From: Rebecca billardiae RCC1528
Taxonomy: Eukaryota > Protista > Haptophyta
Direction of reading: 5' to 3'
DNA length: 64,000 bases
Assembly (NCBI GenBank): GCA_965240325.2
Contig: OZ251253.1
Coordinates: 558,001-622,000, forward strand
A model generated the notes under the pieces. The model was not told the DNA's origin and made no database searches. It saw only the letters and a program-made list of their open reading frames with translations. The translations under genes were made by a program, and so were the position numbers. Shown here piece after piece: positions 22,501 through 36,297 of this stretch. Within the stretch, counting starts at the first letter, position 1, and each line of letters begins with the position of its first letter.

Positions 22501-25500
22501 CCGTCGCCACCGCCCAGCCCACCGCCGAGCCCGCCACCCTCGCCACCGCCGAGCCCGCCACCAAGTCCGCCGCCGCCCTGCCCGCCGCCATCGCCACCGC
22601 CGTCGCCGCCTCCGAGCCCGCCGCCGTCGCCACCACCGTCGCCGCCGCCGAGCCCGCCGCCGTCGCCGCCGCCAGCACCACCGCCGAGCCCACCGCCCTC
22701 GCCACCGCCGAGCCCGCCACCGAGCCCGCCGCCGTCGCCGCCGCCCAGCCCGCCGCCTAGCCCACCGCCCCCGAGCCCACCGCCATCGCCGCCGCCGTCC
22801 CCGCCGCCCAGCCCGCCGCCGTCGCCACCGCCGTCGCCGCCGCCGAGCCCGCCGCCATCGCCGCCGCCATCACCACCGCCGAGCCCGCCGCCATCGCCAC
22901 CGCCGAGCCCGCCGCCGAGCCCGCCGCCGTCGCCGCCGCCCAGCCCGCCGCCTAGCCCGCCGCCGCCCAGCCCGCCGCCATCGCCGCCGCCGTCGCCGCC
23001 ACCCAGCCCGCCGCCGTCGCCACCACCGTCGCCGCCACCGAGCCCGCCGCCATCGCCGCCCCCGAGTCCGCCGCCGAGCCCTCCGCCCTCGCCGCCGCCG
23101 AGCCCGCCGCCGTCGCCGCCGCCGTCGCCGCCGCCCAGCCCGCCGCCTAGCCCGCCGCCGCCCAGCCCGCCACCATCACCGCCGCCATCACCGCCGCCAA
23201 GCCCGCCGCCGTCGCCACCGCCGTCGCCGCCGCCCAGTCCGCCGCCATCGCCACCGCCGTCGCCGCCGCCGAGCCCTCCACCCTCGCCGCCTCCGTCACC
23301 GCCGCCGATCCCGCCGCCCTCGCCGCCGCCGAGCCCGCCACCGAGCCCGCCGCCGCCAAGCCCGCCGCCAAGCCCGCCGCCATCACCGCCGCCAAGCCCG
23401 CCGCCGTCGCCGCCGCCGTCGCCGCCACCGAGCCCGCCACCATCGCTGCCGCCCAGTCCGCCGCCCAGCCCGCCGCCGTTACCGCCGCCGAGCCCGCCGC
23501 CGTCGCCGCCGCCGTCGCCGCCACCAAGCCCGCCGCCATCACCACCGCCGTCGCCGCCGCCGAGCCCTCCGCCCTCGCCGCCGCCGTCACCGCCGCCGAG
23601 CCCGCCGCCCTGGCCGCCGCCGAGCCCGCCACCGAGCCCGCCGCCGCCGTCACCGCCGCCCTCGCCGCCGCCATCACCGCCACCGAGCCCTCCGCCATCA
23701 CCACCGCCGTCGCCGCCGCCGAGCCCGCCGCCCTCACCGCCACCCAGCCCGCCGCCGAGCCCTCCGCCCTCGCCACCGCCCAGCCCACCGCCCAGCCCGC
23801 CGCCGTCGCCGCCGCCGAGTCCACCACCGAGCCCGCCGCCGCCGAGCCCGCCGCCATCGCCGCCGCCATCACCGCCGCCGAGCCCTCCGCCGTCGCCACC
23901 GCCATCTCCGCCGCCGAGCCCGCCGCCATCGCCGCCCCCCAGTCCGCCGCCGAGCCCTCCGCCCTCGCCGCCGCCGTCACCGCCGCCGAGCCCGCCGCCC
24001 TCGCCGCCGCCGAGCCCGCCACCGAGCCCGCCGCCGCCCAGCCCGCCGCCCTCGCCGCCGCCATCACCACCGCCGAGTCCGCCGCCCTCGCCACCACCGA
24101 CGCCGCCACCGAGCCCGCCGCCATCGCCGCCGCCGAGCCCGCCGCCGGGCCCTCCGCCCTCGCCGCCGCCGTCACCGCCGCCAAGTCCGCCGCCGTCGCC
24201 GCCGCCCTCGCCGCCGCCGAGCCCGCCGCCGCCAAACCCGCCGCCATCGCCGCCGCCATTACCGCCGCCGAGCCCGCCGCCGTCGCCGCCGCCGTCGCCG
24301 CCACCGAGCCCGCCGCCATCGCCGCCGCCCAGTCCGCCGCCGAGCCCGCCGCCGTTACCGCCGCCGAGCCCTCCGCCCTCGCCGCCGCCGTCACCGCCAC
24401 CGAGCCCGCCGCCATCACCACCGCCGTCGCCGCCGCCGAGCCCTCCGCCCTCGCCGCCGCCGTCACCGCCGCCGAGCCCGCCGCCCTCGCCGCCGCCCTC
24501 GCCGCCACCGAGCCCGCCGCCGCCCAGCCCGCCGCCCTCGCCGCCGCCATCACCGCCACCGAGCCCGCCGCCATCACCACCGCCCTCGCCGCCGCCGAGC
24601 CCGCCGCCCTCGCCGCCACCCAGCCCGCCGCCAAGCCCTCCGCCCTCGCCACCGCCCAGCCCACCGCCCAGCCCTCCGCCGTCGCCGCCGCCAAGTCCGC
24701 CACCGAGCCCGCCGCCGCCGAGCCCGCCGCCATCGCCGCCGCCATCACCGCCGCCGAGCCCTCCGCCGTCGCCACCGCCATCTCCGCCGCCGAGCCCGCC
24801 GCCATCGCCGCCCCCCAGTCCGCCGCCGAGCCCTCCGCCCTCGCCGCCGCCGTCACCGCCACCGAGCCTGCCGCCCTCGCCGCCGCCGAGCCCGCCACCG
24901 AGCCCGCCGCCGCCAAGCCCGCCACCCTCGCCGCCGCCATCACCGCCGCCGAGCCCGCCGCCCTTACCGCCGCCCAGTCCGCCGCCGAGCCCGCCGCCAT
25001 CACCGCCGCCCAGTCCGCCGCCGAGCCCTCCGCCCTCGCCGCCGCCGTCACCGCCACCAAGTCCGCCGCCGTCGCCGCCGCCCTTGCCGCCGCCGAGCCC
25101 GCCGCCGCCGAGCCCGCCGCCATCACCGCCGCCATCACCGCCGCCGAGCCCGCCGCCGTCGCCGCCGCCATCACCGCCGCCCAGCCCGCCGCCGAGCCCA
25201 CCGCCGAGCGCACCACCCAGCCCGCCACCATCGCCACCGCCGAGTCCGCCACCGAGCCCACCGCCTCCCAGCCCGCCGCCATCGCCGCCGCCATCGCCGC
25301 CGCCGAGCCCGCCGCCGTCGCCACCGCCGTCGCCGCCACCCTCGCCGCCACCCTCGCCGCCACCAAGCCCGCCGCCGAGCCCTCCGCCCTCGCCACCGCC
25401 CAGCCCACCGCCCAGCCCGCCGCCCTCGCCGCCGCCGAGTCCGCCACCGAGCCCGCCGCCGCCGAGCCCGCCGCCATCGCCGCCGCCATCACCGCCGCCG

Positions 25501-28500
25501 AGCCCTCCGCCGTCGCCACCGCCGTCGCCGCCGCCGAGCCCGCCACCATCGCCACCGCCATTGCCACCGCCGAGCCCGCCGCCCTCGCCGCCGCCCTCGC
25601 CGCCACCGAGCCCGCCGCCGAGCCCGCCGCCATCGCCGCCGCCCAGCCCGCCGCCGAGCCCGCCGCCATCGCCGCCGCCCAGCCCGCCGCCGAGCCCGCC
25701 GCCGCCGAGCCCGCCACCCTCGCCGCCGCCCTCGCCGCCGCCCTCGCCACCGCCCTCGCCGCCGCCCTCGCCGCCGCCCTCGCCGCCGCCGAGCCCGCCG
25801 CCGAGCCCGCCGCCGAGCCCGCCGCCCTCGCCGCCGCCCAGCCCGCCGCCGTCGCCGCCGCCGTCGCCGCCGCCGAGCCCGCCGCCCTCGCCGCCGCCAA
25901 GTCCGCCGCCCTCGCCGCCGCCGAGCCCGCCGCCGAGCCCGCCACCACCGAGCCCGCCACCCTTGCCACCGCCATCACCACCGCCGAGCCCGCCGCCCTC
26001 GCCGCCGCCCTTCCCGCCGCCGACGCCACCGCCCTCGCCGCCGCCCGGTCCGCCGCCATCCCCGCCTCCGAGCCCACCGCCGAGCCCCCCACCAAGCCCC
26101 CCACCGCCGTCGCCGCCTCCGTCGCCGCCGCCAAGCCCGCCGCCAAGCCCGCCGCCAAGCCCGCCGCCCGGCCCGCCGCCCTCGCCGCCGCCCAGCCCGC
26201 CACCCAGCCCGCCGCCGCCCTCGCCACTGCCCTCGCCGCCGCCCTCGCCGCCGCCCTCGCCGCCACCGCGCCCGCCACCCAGCCCGCCGCCGTCGCCGCC
26301 TCCGAGCCCGCCGCCCAGCCCGCCGCCGCCCAGCCCGCCGCCGTCGCCGCCGCCCTCGCCACCACCCTCGCCACCACCGAGCCCGCCGCCGTCGCCGCCG
26401 CCCTCGCCGCCGCCGTTCCCGCCGCCCTCGCCGCCGCCCTCGCCGCCGCCCTCGCCGCCGCCCTCGCCCCCACCGAGCCCGCCGCCATCGCCACCACCGA
26501 GCCCACCGCCGTCGCCGCCGCCCTCGCCGCCGCCCTCGCCGCCGCCCTCGCCGCCGCCCTCGCCACCACCGAGCCCGCCGCCTTCCCCGCCGCCATCCCC
26601 ACCGCCCGTCCCGCCGCCCTCGCCACCGCCCTCGCCGCCACCTTCCCCGCCGCCGTCGCCGCCGCCGAGCCCGCCGCCGAGCCCGCCGCCCAGCCCGCCG
26701 CCCAGCCCGCCGCCGGGCCCACCGCCCTCGCCGCCGCCCAGCCCGCCGCCGAGCCCGCCTCCCAGCCCGCCACCTCCAAGCCCACCGCCGAGCCCGCCGC
26801 CAAGCCCGCCTCCGTCGCCGCCGCCGAGCCCGCCGCCGGCGCCGCCGCCGAGCCCGCCGCCGAGCCCGCCGCCGCCGAGCCCGCCGCCGAGCCCGCCGCC
26901 GAGCCCGCCGCCGAGCCCGCCGCCGAGCCCGCCGCCGCCGGGCCCGCCGCCCTCGCCACCGCCGTCGCCACCGCCACGCGCGCCGCCAACGCCGCCGCCG
27001 TCGCCGCCGCCGAGCCCGCCGCCCTCGCCGCCCCCCTCGCCGCCGCCAAGCCCGCCTCCACGCCCGCCGCCCTCGCCGCCACCTTCGCCGCCGCCGTTTC
27101 CGCCGCCGTCGCCGCCACCGAGCCCGCCGCCGAGCCCGCCGCCCAGCCCGCCGCCGAGCCCGCCGCCGCCGAGCCCGCCGCCGAGCCCGCCGCCGAGCCC
27201 ACCGCCCAGCCCACCGCCCAGCCCGCCGCCGTCGCCGCCGCCGTCGCCCCCGCCAGCCCCACCGCCGAGCCCGCCGCCCAGCCCGCCGCCCAGCCCGCCG
27301 CCCAGCCCGCCGCCCAGCCCGCCGCCGCCCTCGCCGCCGCCGTCGCCGCCGCCGTCGCCGCCGCCGGGCCCGCCGCCGTCGCCGCCGCCGAGCCCGCCAC
27401 CGTCGCCGCCGCCGGGCCCACCGCCGTCGCCGCCGCCGAGCCCGCCGCCCTCGCCGCCGCCGAGCCCGCCGCCGTCGCCGCCGCCGCGCTCGCCGCCCTC
27501 GCCGCCGCCGAGCCCGCCGCCCTCGCCGCCCCCGCGCCCGCCGCCCTCGCCGCCGCCGAGCCCACCGCCCTCGCCGCCGCCGAGCCCGCCGCCCAGCCCG
27601 CCGCCCAGCCCGCCGCCCAGCCCGCCGCCCAGCCCGCCGCCCAGCCCGCCGCCGCCCGGCACGCCGCCCAGCCCGCCGCCATCGCCGCCGCCGAGCCCGC
27701 CGCCGAGCCCGCCGCCGCCCTCGCCGCCGCCGTCCCCGCCGCCGAGCCCGCCGCCGAGCCCTCCGCCGCCCTCGCCACCGCCCTCGCCGCCGCCCTCGCC
27801 GCCGCCCAGCCCGCCGCCCTCGCCGCCGCCGGGCCCGCCGCCGTCGCCGCCGCCGTCGCCGCCGCCGTCGCCACCGCCGATCCCGCCGCCGAGCCCGCCG
27901 CCGAGCCCGCCACCGAGCCCGCCGCCCAGCCCGCCGCCGAGCCCACCGCCCGCGCCGCCGCCGAGCCCGCCGCCCTCGCCGCCGCCCTCGCCGCCGCCCT
28001 CGCCGCCGCCGAGCCCGCCGCCGCCGAGCCCGCCGCCGAGCCCGCCGCCGAGCCCGCCGCCGAGCCCGCCCCCAAGCCCGCCGCCCTCGCCGCCGCCCTC
28101 GCCGCCGCCGATGCCGCCACCCAGCCCGCCGCCACCGGCGCCGCCGCCGTCGCCGCCGCCGCCCTCGCCCCCACCAGCCCCGCCGCCGCCGCCGCGCGCA
28201 GAGCCGTTCCCGCCGCCGAGCCCGCCGAGCCCGCCGCCGAGCCCGCCGCCGAGCCCGCCGCCGCGCCCGCCGCCGCCGCCGCCGCCCGCGCCGCCGCCCG
28301 CGCCGCCGCCCGCGCCGCCTCCGCCGCCGGTGCTCCGCGCGGTCGTGCAGAGCGCCGAGCCGCTCGGCGCGCCGCTCGGCGCTGAGTGCACGCTCGCGCT
28401 CGCCGGCGACGGCTTCGTCCGGCCGAGCGACGGCGCCGACGTGGGCGCCAGTGCCAGCGCCCGCGGCGGCAGCGTCGGCCCAGCGTCTTGCTCGTTCGAG

Positions 28501-31500
28501 CGCGCGGACGCGGCGGTGGCGGGCGCACTCGCGCTGAGCACGCCTGCCGCCGTGCTGAGCGCGCGCGCGGCGGCGTGCGCGGTGCCTCGCGCGGCGGCCG
28601 ACGGCTCCGCGCTGCCCGCCGGCCGTTACGTCGTGCGCCTTCACCTCGATGGCGGCGCGTACATCGCGCCGCCGCTCTTCGACGAGATTGCAATCTCGCT
28701 GTACGAGATGGGCGCGGTGCGCGTGCGCGCGCTGCACCCGCCCGCGGGCCCGGTGGGCGGCGGCACGGTGGTGACGCTCGAGGGCGTTGGCTTTGCCGAG
28801 TACGGCGAGGGCCAGCTGTGCTGCGTGCTGCGCGGTGGCGGTGGCGACGGCGGCGGCGGCGGCTGCGCGGCGCGCGCGAGCATGCTGCCTGCCGGCGCGG
28901 ACGGCAGCACGCGCGCGCGCTGCACGCTGCCGCCACTGCCGCCCTCCGAGCCGGCGCCCGCGCTCGGCGGCGCCCAAGCTGTCTCACTCGAGCTCTCGCT
29001 GGGCAACGGGAGCGCGCCGACCACCACGGCCGATGGGGTGCCCTTCCACTACTACGCGCCGCCGCGCGTGCTCAGCGTCATGCCGTCGCAGGGCAGCGCG
29101 GGCGATGCGACGGCGGTCGTGGGCGCCGGGTTTGGCGCGCTGGGCGGCGCGGGGCTCGGCAGCAGCCTGCTGCGCGTGGCCTTTGGCGAGGCGCTCGCGC
29201 CGCCGCCCGCCTCGGCGACCGAGACGCTCGTCGTCGCGACGGCGAGCCACGGCGTGGCGGGCACTGCGCCCGTGGCTGTGCGCGTGGCGCTCAACGGGCA
29301 GCAGTACGAGCCCGCGCTCCACGCCGACGCGACGGGGGGCGGCGAGGGCGGCGCGGCCGCGCCTGTCCTGTTCACCTTTGTCGGCGCGCACGCGCCTAGG
29401 CTGCAGGCGGCGGCGCTCGACGGCAGCGCGACGTCCGTGCTTCTCCAGTTCGACGCGCAGCCGACCGACCGCGCGGGCATGGGCGGCGGCGTCGGCCCGT
29501 GCGCGCCCGTCCTCGACGACGTGACGCTCGCGCTCGTCGGCGGGCCCGCTGCCGACGGCGCGCAGCCGCCCACGTGCTACTGGCGTGACGAATCTTTGCT
29601 GGTGGTGCAGCTGGGCGCGGGCACCGCGCTGCGGCCGGGCTCGACGCTCGTGCTGCGGGAGGGCGCGGTGCGCCCGGCGGCCTCGGCCTGCTCGCCGCCG
29701 TGCGACGCGTCCGCGCTCGGCGCGGCCGGCGCCGCCACCATCGACGTGGACGCGCCGTGCGCCGCGCCATCCGGCTGCGCCGCGCCGCGCGCCGCGCTCA
29801 GCGGCCCGGGCGCGATCACACGCTGCCCGGACGCGGCGCTCGCGCTCGACGGCTCGGCGTCGTCCGGCGGCGGCGCGGCTGGTCTCGACTTCGAGTGGCG
29901 CCTCGATCGCAGCCGCTCGCTCGGCGTGAGCGCGGTCGAGGCGGCGAGCCTCAACGCGGCGCTGAGCGCGCACAGTGGCGCATCGCTCGAGCTCCCCGCC
30001 GTGGGCACGCTCGCGCCCGGCGCCCACGCCCTCGCGTTCGCGCTGCGCGTGCGCTCGCGCATGCTGGGCTCCGTGTCCGAGCCGGCGTTCCTGACGGTGC
30101 AGCGGCCGCCGCGCGCGGACGCGGCGCCCACCGTGTTCATCGCGGGGCCGTCCGAGCGCCCCGTGCGCGCAGAGTCGGGGGCGTTCCTCACCGGCGCCGC
30201 GCGCGTCGCGAGCTGCTGGGACGGCGCGGACGCGCGCGTGCGCTTCCGATGGTCGCTGCTCGGCGTGACACACACCGCGAGCGGCGCGCCCGCGCGCGCG
30301 GGCGTGGCGCGCCCCGTGCTGGACGACGACTCCGCCGCGGCGTCCGCCGCGTCGCTCCTCCTCCCGCCCTTCTCCCTGGCCCCCCTCCACCGTTACGAGC
30401 TGCAGGTCACGGCGCACATGGCGGCCGACCCGGCCGCGGCCGCGAGCGCGCGCGTGCGCTTGACCGTCGAACAGCTGCCGCTGCGCGCGACGATCGCCGG
30501 GGGCGACCGCAGCGCGCGCGCCGACCGGCCGCTGCTGCTCGACGCCTCCGCCACCGTCGACCCGAACAGCGGCTCCGCCGACCACCTCGCGTTCGCGTGG
30601 ACGGTGCTGGGCGCGGGCGGCGCGGACGGCGCGCCATCCAACGGCAGCAGCAGCGGCGGCGGCGGCGGCTCGGCCCGCGTGCCGCTGCCGCCGAGCGTTC
30701 GGATCAACTCGTCCACGCTGCAGCTGCTGCCGGGCGTGCTGCGGCCGGGCGAGTACGTCGTCACGCTCGCGGTGAGCGCGACGCCCTCCTCCGCCTCGAC
30801 CGCCGAGCTGCCCCCCAGCGCGAGCGCCGCCGTCCGCCTGGCGCTCGTGGACGCTCCGATCCCGACGATCGCGTTTGCGCCGCTCGGCCGCGAAGCGTAC
30901 AACGCCGAGTGGGCGCGGCCGAGCGAGCGCCTCGCCATCGCCACCTCGCTCGACGCGGAGTCGGCCGCGGCGCGCGCGAGCGGCGCGGCGTCGTACGCGC
31001 TGCGCTGGCGCGCCTTCCTCGTCGGGCCGCACGGCGGCCTCGAGCCGTCGGGGCTGGAGCTCGACGACACGGCCGCCGTCACGACCACCGGCGGCGCGCG
31101 GCACACGCTCGCCTTCCGCTCGGGCGCGCTCACGCCGGGCGCGACGTACGCGTTCGAGCTGACGGTGGCGCCGGCGCGAGCCGACGGCGCCGCCGCGCCG
31201 TCCGCGCGCGCCTCCATCGCCGTGCGCATCAACCGCCCCCCGCACGGCGGCACGCTGAGCGCGTCCCCGAGCGAGGGCGGCGTGGCGCTCATCACGCGCT
31301 TTGCGCTGCGCGCGCACGGCTGGAGCGCGGACGAGCTGCCGCTGAGCTACGCCTTCTCGCACCGAGGCGCCGACGGCGGCGCGCCCACGCCGCTCGGCGT
31401 CGCGGGCGCCTCCGCGCTCGGCAGCGCGCTGCTCCCAGCCGGCGTGCGCACGCTCGAGGTGTGCGTGGAGGACGCGCTCGGCGGCCGCGCCACCGCCGCC

Positions 31501-33476
31501 CGGGCCGTGCGCGTGTTGCAGCCGCAGCCACAGGCGGTCGAGGGCTCGGCGGTGCTGTCTGACGCACTCGCGCGCGCGCGCTTGGCGATCGACCGCTTCG
31601 ACCACTCGGAGGCAATGCAGCTGCTCGACGGCCTCGCGCAGACCCTCGCCGACCCCGCCGCCGCCGCCGCCGCCGCCTCCAACGGCAGCGCGCTCGTTGC
31701 CGCCATCGTGCAGCTGACTTCGCTGGAGGGGGCCGCGGTCGCACCGCCCACGCCCGAGGCGCGCGCGCAGTCGGCGGCGGCCCTCGCGGCGGCACTGGGC
31801 GCGCCAGTCGTGCTCGACACGTCCGCGCGCGCCGCCGGCCTCGCGCACGTCGCTGCGCTCGCCACCGCGTCCGCGGCCGCCGGACTCGACGACGCGACGG
31901 CGGGCGCCCTGCTCCGCTCGCTCGACAGCGCGCTCGGCGCGCCGGCAGGGGGCGCTCCGCTCTCGGCGGAGGAGGCGGTGGCGCTGGGCGGCGCGGCGCT
32001 CGAGGCGGCGTCGGGGCTGGCGGTCGCGCTGCTCGCCGGCGCCGTGCCGGGCGAGCTCCCGCTCTCGGCCACCTCCGCGCGCGTCAACGTGACCACCGCG
32101 CGCCGCACGGCGGCTGAGCTTGCACACAACGCGACGCTCGAGGGCGCGGGCGGCGGCGGCGCGCTCGCGCTGCCCGCGGCGCTGTGGGAGTCCGGGGGCG
32201 GCGCGGCGCCCGCGGGCGACGCGGCGGTGGACGTGGTGCTCATCTCCTTCCACGCCAACGTGCACGCCGAGCCCGCCAACCAGAGCGCCGGCGCGCTCGG
32301 CCCGCTGCGCACAGGCGTGCTGCGCGTCGCGCTGCGCGACCCGTCGGCCGGCGCCGAGATTGCAATCTCGGGGCTGGCGCAGCCCATCGTGATCGGCCTG
32401 CCGGGCGCGGCGGGCGCGGGGCCGGACGCGCCCGAGCCGTCGCCGTCGTGCGCCGACGGCGGCGCCGAGATCGCGCTGGGCATGGCCGCGCCGTGCAACG
32501 CGCGCGGCGCGTGCGTCAGTCTGCGCGCCGGGCTGCGCGGCTGCGAGTGCGAGCCGCCGTACCACGGGACCGAGTGCGGCCGCGCGGACGCGTGCCACTG
32601 GTGGGACGAGGCGCGGGGCGAGTGGTCGACAGAGGGGTGCGCCACGCTGGGCGCGCCGCCCGACGGCGCCGACCCGTCGCTGCTCTACTGCGCGTGCACG
32701 CACCTCACCGACTTTGCCGCCGTCTCCGTGCCCGCCTCGCCAGAGCAGGCGGCGGAGGAGGCGGCGGCGGTGCGCGTGAACACGTTCAGCGGCGCGGACG
32801 CCGCGTCGGTGCTCGCCACGCCCGCCGAGGGCCTCCGCGAGAACCCGACGATCTACCGGCTGGTCTACCTCCTCTCCGGGCTCAACGCGCTGTGCCTGCT
32901 GCTCGCCGCCGCGGCCGACCGGCGCGCGCTGCGCGAGTATGCTCGCTGGTATGAATCTGAGAGGGCCACGTCCGGACTGGCCACGTCCGGACTGGGCGAC
33001 GAGAGCGTCGGCGGTGGGGGCGGCAGCTACAGCCGGCGCAGCCGGCGCGGCTCGCCCGTGCCGCCCTCGCGCTGCTCGTCCGCGCCGCGCTCGCCGCCGA
33101 CCGCGCGCTCGCGCGCGCGCTCGCCCGAATCCTCGCGCGCGCGCTCGCCGCTCGGCAGCCGGCGCGGCACCGGCGCGCTCGACAGCGGGCTGGGCGGCGA
33201 GCTCGGCGCGGGCGCGGCCGGCGCGCGCGCGAGCGCCGCGGCCGGCGCGCAGCCGGCGACGACCGTCGAGCGCGTGCGCGCGCGCAAGGCCGCCGCCGCC
33301 GCCGCGGCCGCGAGCGCGGCCGCGCCCGCGCCGTGCTGCGCGCGCGACGCCGGCTCGGCGCAGCCCTTCGGCGCGCCGGGCGCCGAGCTGCGCTCGGCGC
33401 AGCTCGACGCGTACCTGGGCGCGAGGGCGGTTGTGGAGAGCAGCTACGCGGAGGAGCCCATGGCGGCGGTGCCGGA

Positions 33477-33507
<31 letters not shown>

Positions 33508-33954
33508 CAGCGGCGGGCGGACGGCGCCGCGCCCGCGCGCGGCGGCAGCGGCGGCGCCTCGCCCGCCGAGCCGCCTGCGCGCCGTGCGCCGCGCTCGCGC
33601 TCGCACTCGCCGCCCTCGCGCTCGCCGCCCTCGCGCTCGCCGATGCGGCGGAGCTCGTCTGTCTGGTCGCCCGCGCGCAGCGCCGCGCAGGAGATCGCCG
33701 AGCACCACGACCTCGGCCGGCGCTTCTCGACGAGGGCCGGCGGCTCTGGCGCGCGCCGCGGCGGGCGGCGCGGCGCGAGCCCGCTCGAGCGTGCGCGCGC
33801 CGTGCTCGAGGCGGTCGCGGACCAGCACACGCTGCTCGCGCTGCTGTTCGCGCGGCCCGAGCGCGCGCTGCGCCGCGCCGAGCTCGTGCAGACGCTCTTC
33901 AACACGCTCGCGCTGCAGGCGGCGCTCGAGTGCATGCTCTACTCGCAGGAGGAG

Positions 33955-34007
<53 letters not shown>

Positions 34008-36297
34008 CGTGCCGCTGCTGAGCGTGCTGCTGTACGCGCTGCTCGCGTGCGCGCTCGGGCTGCCGGCGCTGTGGGCGTTCAAGGGCGCGTGGCACCTCGC
34101 GCGGCACGACGGCCGCGCGCTGCCCGCGTGGCGGCTGTACCGCGGCATGCGCGAGCACCTCAGCGGCGCGCTCTCCGCGGACGCGCGCTCGCGCGCGCGC
34201 GCGAGCGAGATGGTGGCTGCAGGCAGCGCGCTCGCGCTCGCCGGGAAGATGCGAGGCGGCGGCGGCGGAGGCGGCTTCGGGCGGGGTGAGGCGGAGGGCG
34301 ACGGCGACGGCGACGGCGAAGGCCGGCGGGCGGGCGCGAGCACGCTGGGCTACCCAGCCGGCGCGCGGCGCCTTGGAGGCCCGCCGGCCGGGCGCAAGCC
34401 GGGCGGCGGCTCGTCGCGCGGCAGCACGGCCGCGGCGCCGCTCTCGTCCTCCGCCTCCGCTTCGACGCTGCGCTCCGCCGGCTCGGCGCGCTCGAGCGTC
34501 GGAGGCGGCGGAGGCGGGCCCGCGCCGCCGCTCGCGCGCCTCAGCCCGCGGCTCGAGGAGCCGGCGCCGGCGCCGGAGGCGTGCGCGGAGGGCGCCGAGG
34601 CCGAGGAGGTCGAGGCGGCGCACCGACACGGCGGCGCGCGCGGCGGCCGGCCGGGCAGCGGCGGCGGAGGCAGCCGGCCGGGCAGCGGCGGCGGCGGAGG
34701 ACGGCCTGGCAGCGCGCGCCGGCGCGTGCACGTGCCAGACGTGCCCACGATTGGCTGCGGCATCGTCGCGCCGCTGCAGTCGGGCGGCGCGCTCGCCGCG
34801 GGCGGCGCGGCGCGCGCGCGCGGCGCTGAGATCGCGCCCGGCGACGAGGAAGGCGCCGGCGCGGCGCCCGCCGCCGCTCATGCCGAGGCAGGCCGGCCGG
34901 CGCCGCCAGGCTTCCAGCAGCCGTACGTTCTCCCCGCGCGGCCTCGGCCGCGCTCGGCCGGCTCGGCGGGGCGCGGCGGCGGCAGCAGCAGCAGCAGCCG
35001 CAGCACGGCCTCGCGCGGCGGCGGCGGCGGGAGCAGCGCGGACGATGCCGCGCCCGCCGCCGCGCCGCCGCCGCGCAGACTCGTCGCCGCGCCCGTGCTG
35101 GGGGGCGGCTCGCTCAGCCGCATCACGCCCGTGCGCGCGCTCGTGGCGCGCGCGCCCGCCGCGCTCGACACCGCCGCGCCCGCCGCCGCCGCGCCCGAGG
35201 CCGAGGCGGGCGCGGCGGCGCTGGCGGGCGCGCCTTCGCCGCCGCCGTCGCCGCCGCCGGCGTCGCCGCCGCGCGGCCGCGCGGCCGCCACGGCGGGCGC
35301 CCCCGCGACGAGCGCGGCCGCGCCCGAGCCGGGCTCGGCCGCCGCGCCCGCGCCCGCACCCGCCGCCGGGCCGCGCCGCCCGCCCGCCCTTGGCCGCGGC
35401 AGCGAGTCGACAGACTCGCTCACGCCGCCCTCGCCGCGCTCGCCGCAACGGCGCGAGCGCCGCGCGGCGGCGACGCCGGCCGCGGCCGCGAGCGCCGCGC
35501 CCGCGCCGCCGCCGCCACTCGACGCACGCCGCAGCAGCTCGAGCGCCAGCCCCGGCGACGCGCCCAGCCCGCCGCCGGCGGCCGCGGCCGGCGCCGCCGC
35601 CGGCGCGCCCGCGGAGCAGCAGCGGGCGGCGCCGCCGCCGTCGTTCTCGCGCCGCTCGGGCGCGCTGTCGCGCGCGCAGAGCTCGTCGCTGCACCGCGCG
35701 CAGTCCGAGCTCACCGCCGCCGAGCTCTCCGCGCTGCGCGCCGCCTTCTCGCGCTGCGACTCGACGGGCGACGGGCGCGTGGACGAGGCGGGCGTCGGGC
35801 TGATCATGGCCGAGCTGGGCGACCCGCTGCTGCCGCACGAGCGGCGGCGGCTGCTGCGAGATCTCGATCTCGACGCCGACCTGCGCGTGGACGAGCTCGA
35901 GATGGTGGTGTGGTACGCGCGCCAAAAGGCGGCGGAGCGGCGCGCGGCCGAGTGGGCGCGCGTGCTCTGCCCGTGCCCGCCGCCGCCCGTCTGGGCGCGC
36001 TCGCCCCTCGCGTGGGCGGCCATGCTGGGCCTGTACACGGGCCTGTGCGCGCTCGTGATCGTGTACGGACGCCTGTTCGGCCGCGAGCGCACCGAGGCGA
36101 TGCTGGCGTCGTGGGCAGCGGCGCTGATCGGCACGTTCGCCCTCGAGGAGCCGCTGCTGCTCGCGCTCGGGCAGCTCGCGCCGTGGGCGGGGCGCGCGCT
36201 CGTCCGCAGCGGCGCGCTCGCCAAGCTCGCCGAATCCTCGCTCGTGCTCGGCGCGCGCGCCGCCCTCGACGCGGTGCGCTTCATCTTCAACGGCTAG
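16593..36297 (+). CDS. Giant polycystin-1/REJ-like GPS-domain membrane receptor (~6,258 aa); exons 16593-17023, 17191-17571, 17842-18201, 18395-18574, 18873-36297
   Basis: RCC1-like repeats (HACVL..G.VKCWG.G..G.LG); SPPP stalk; IPT/TIG (HPPAGPVGGGTVVTLEGVGF, VALNGQQY); REJ (LLLDASATVDP, NRPPHGGTL..GWS..LPLSYAF); EGF-like; GPS (CHWWD...WSTEGC...CACTHLTDFA); TM segments resembling PKD1 TM1-5 (YGRLF...SW...EEP); EF-hand pair (DSTGDGRVDE, DLDADLRVDELE). The four GT-AG introns give a continuous 18,777-nt frame. Confidence 0.88.
18975..28330 (+). repeat. Coding Ser-Pro3 (extensin/pherophorin-like) 12-bp repeat, ~9.3 kb
   Basis: Continuous (TCG/AGC)CCGCCGCCN units translating to SPPP without a frameshift. 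Confidence 0.97.

Noticed and set aside
17021-28987. 3838-aa Arg-rich, 2528-aa Gly-rich and Ala-rich ORFs
   Set aside because: They are alternative-frame and antisense shadows of the SPPP coding repeat.
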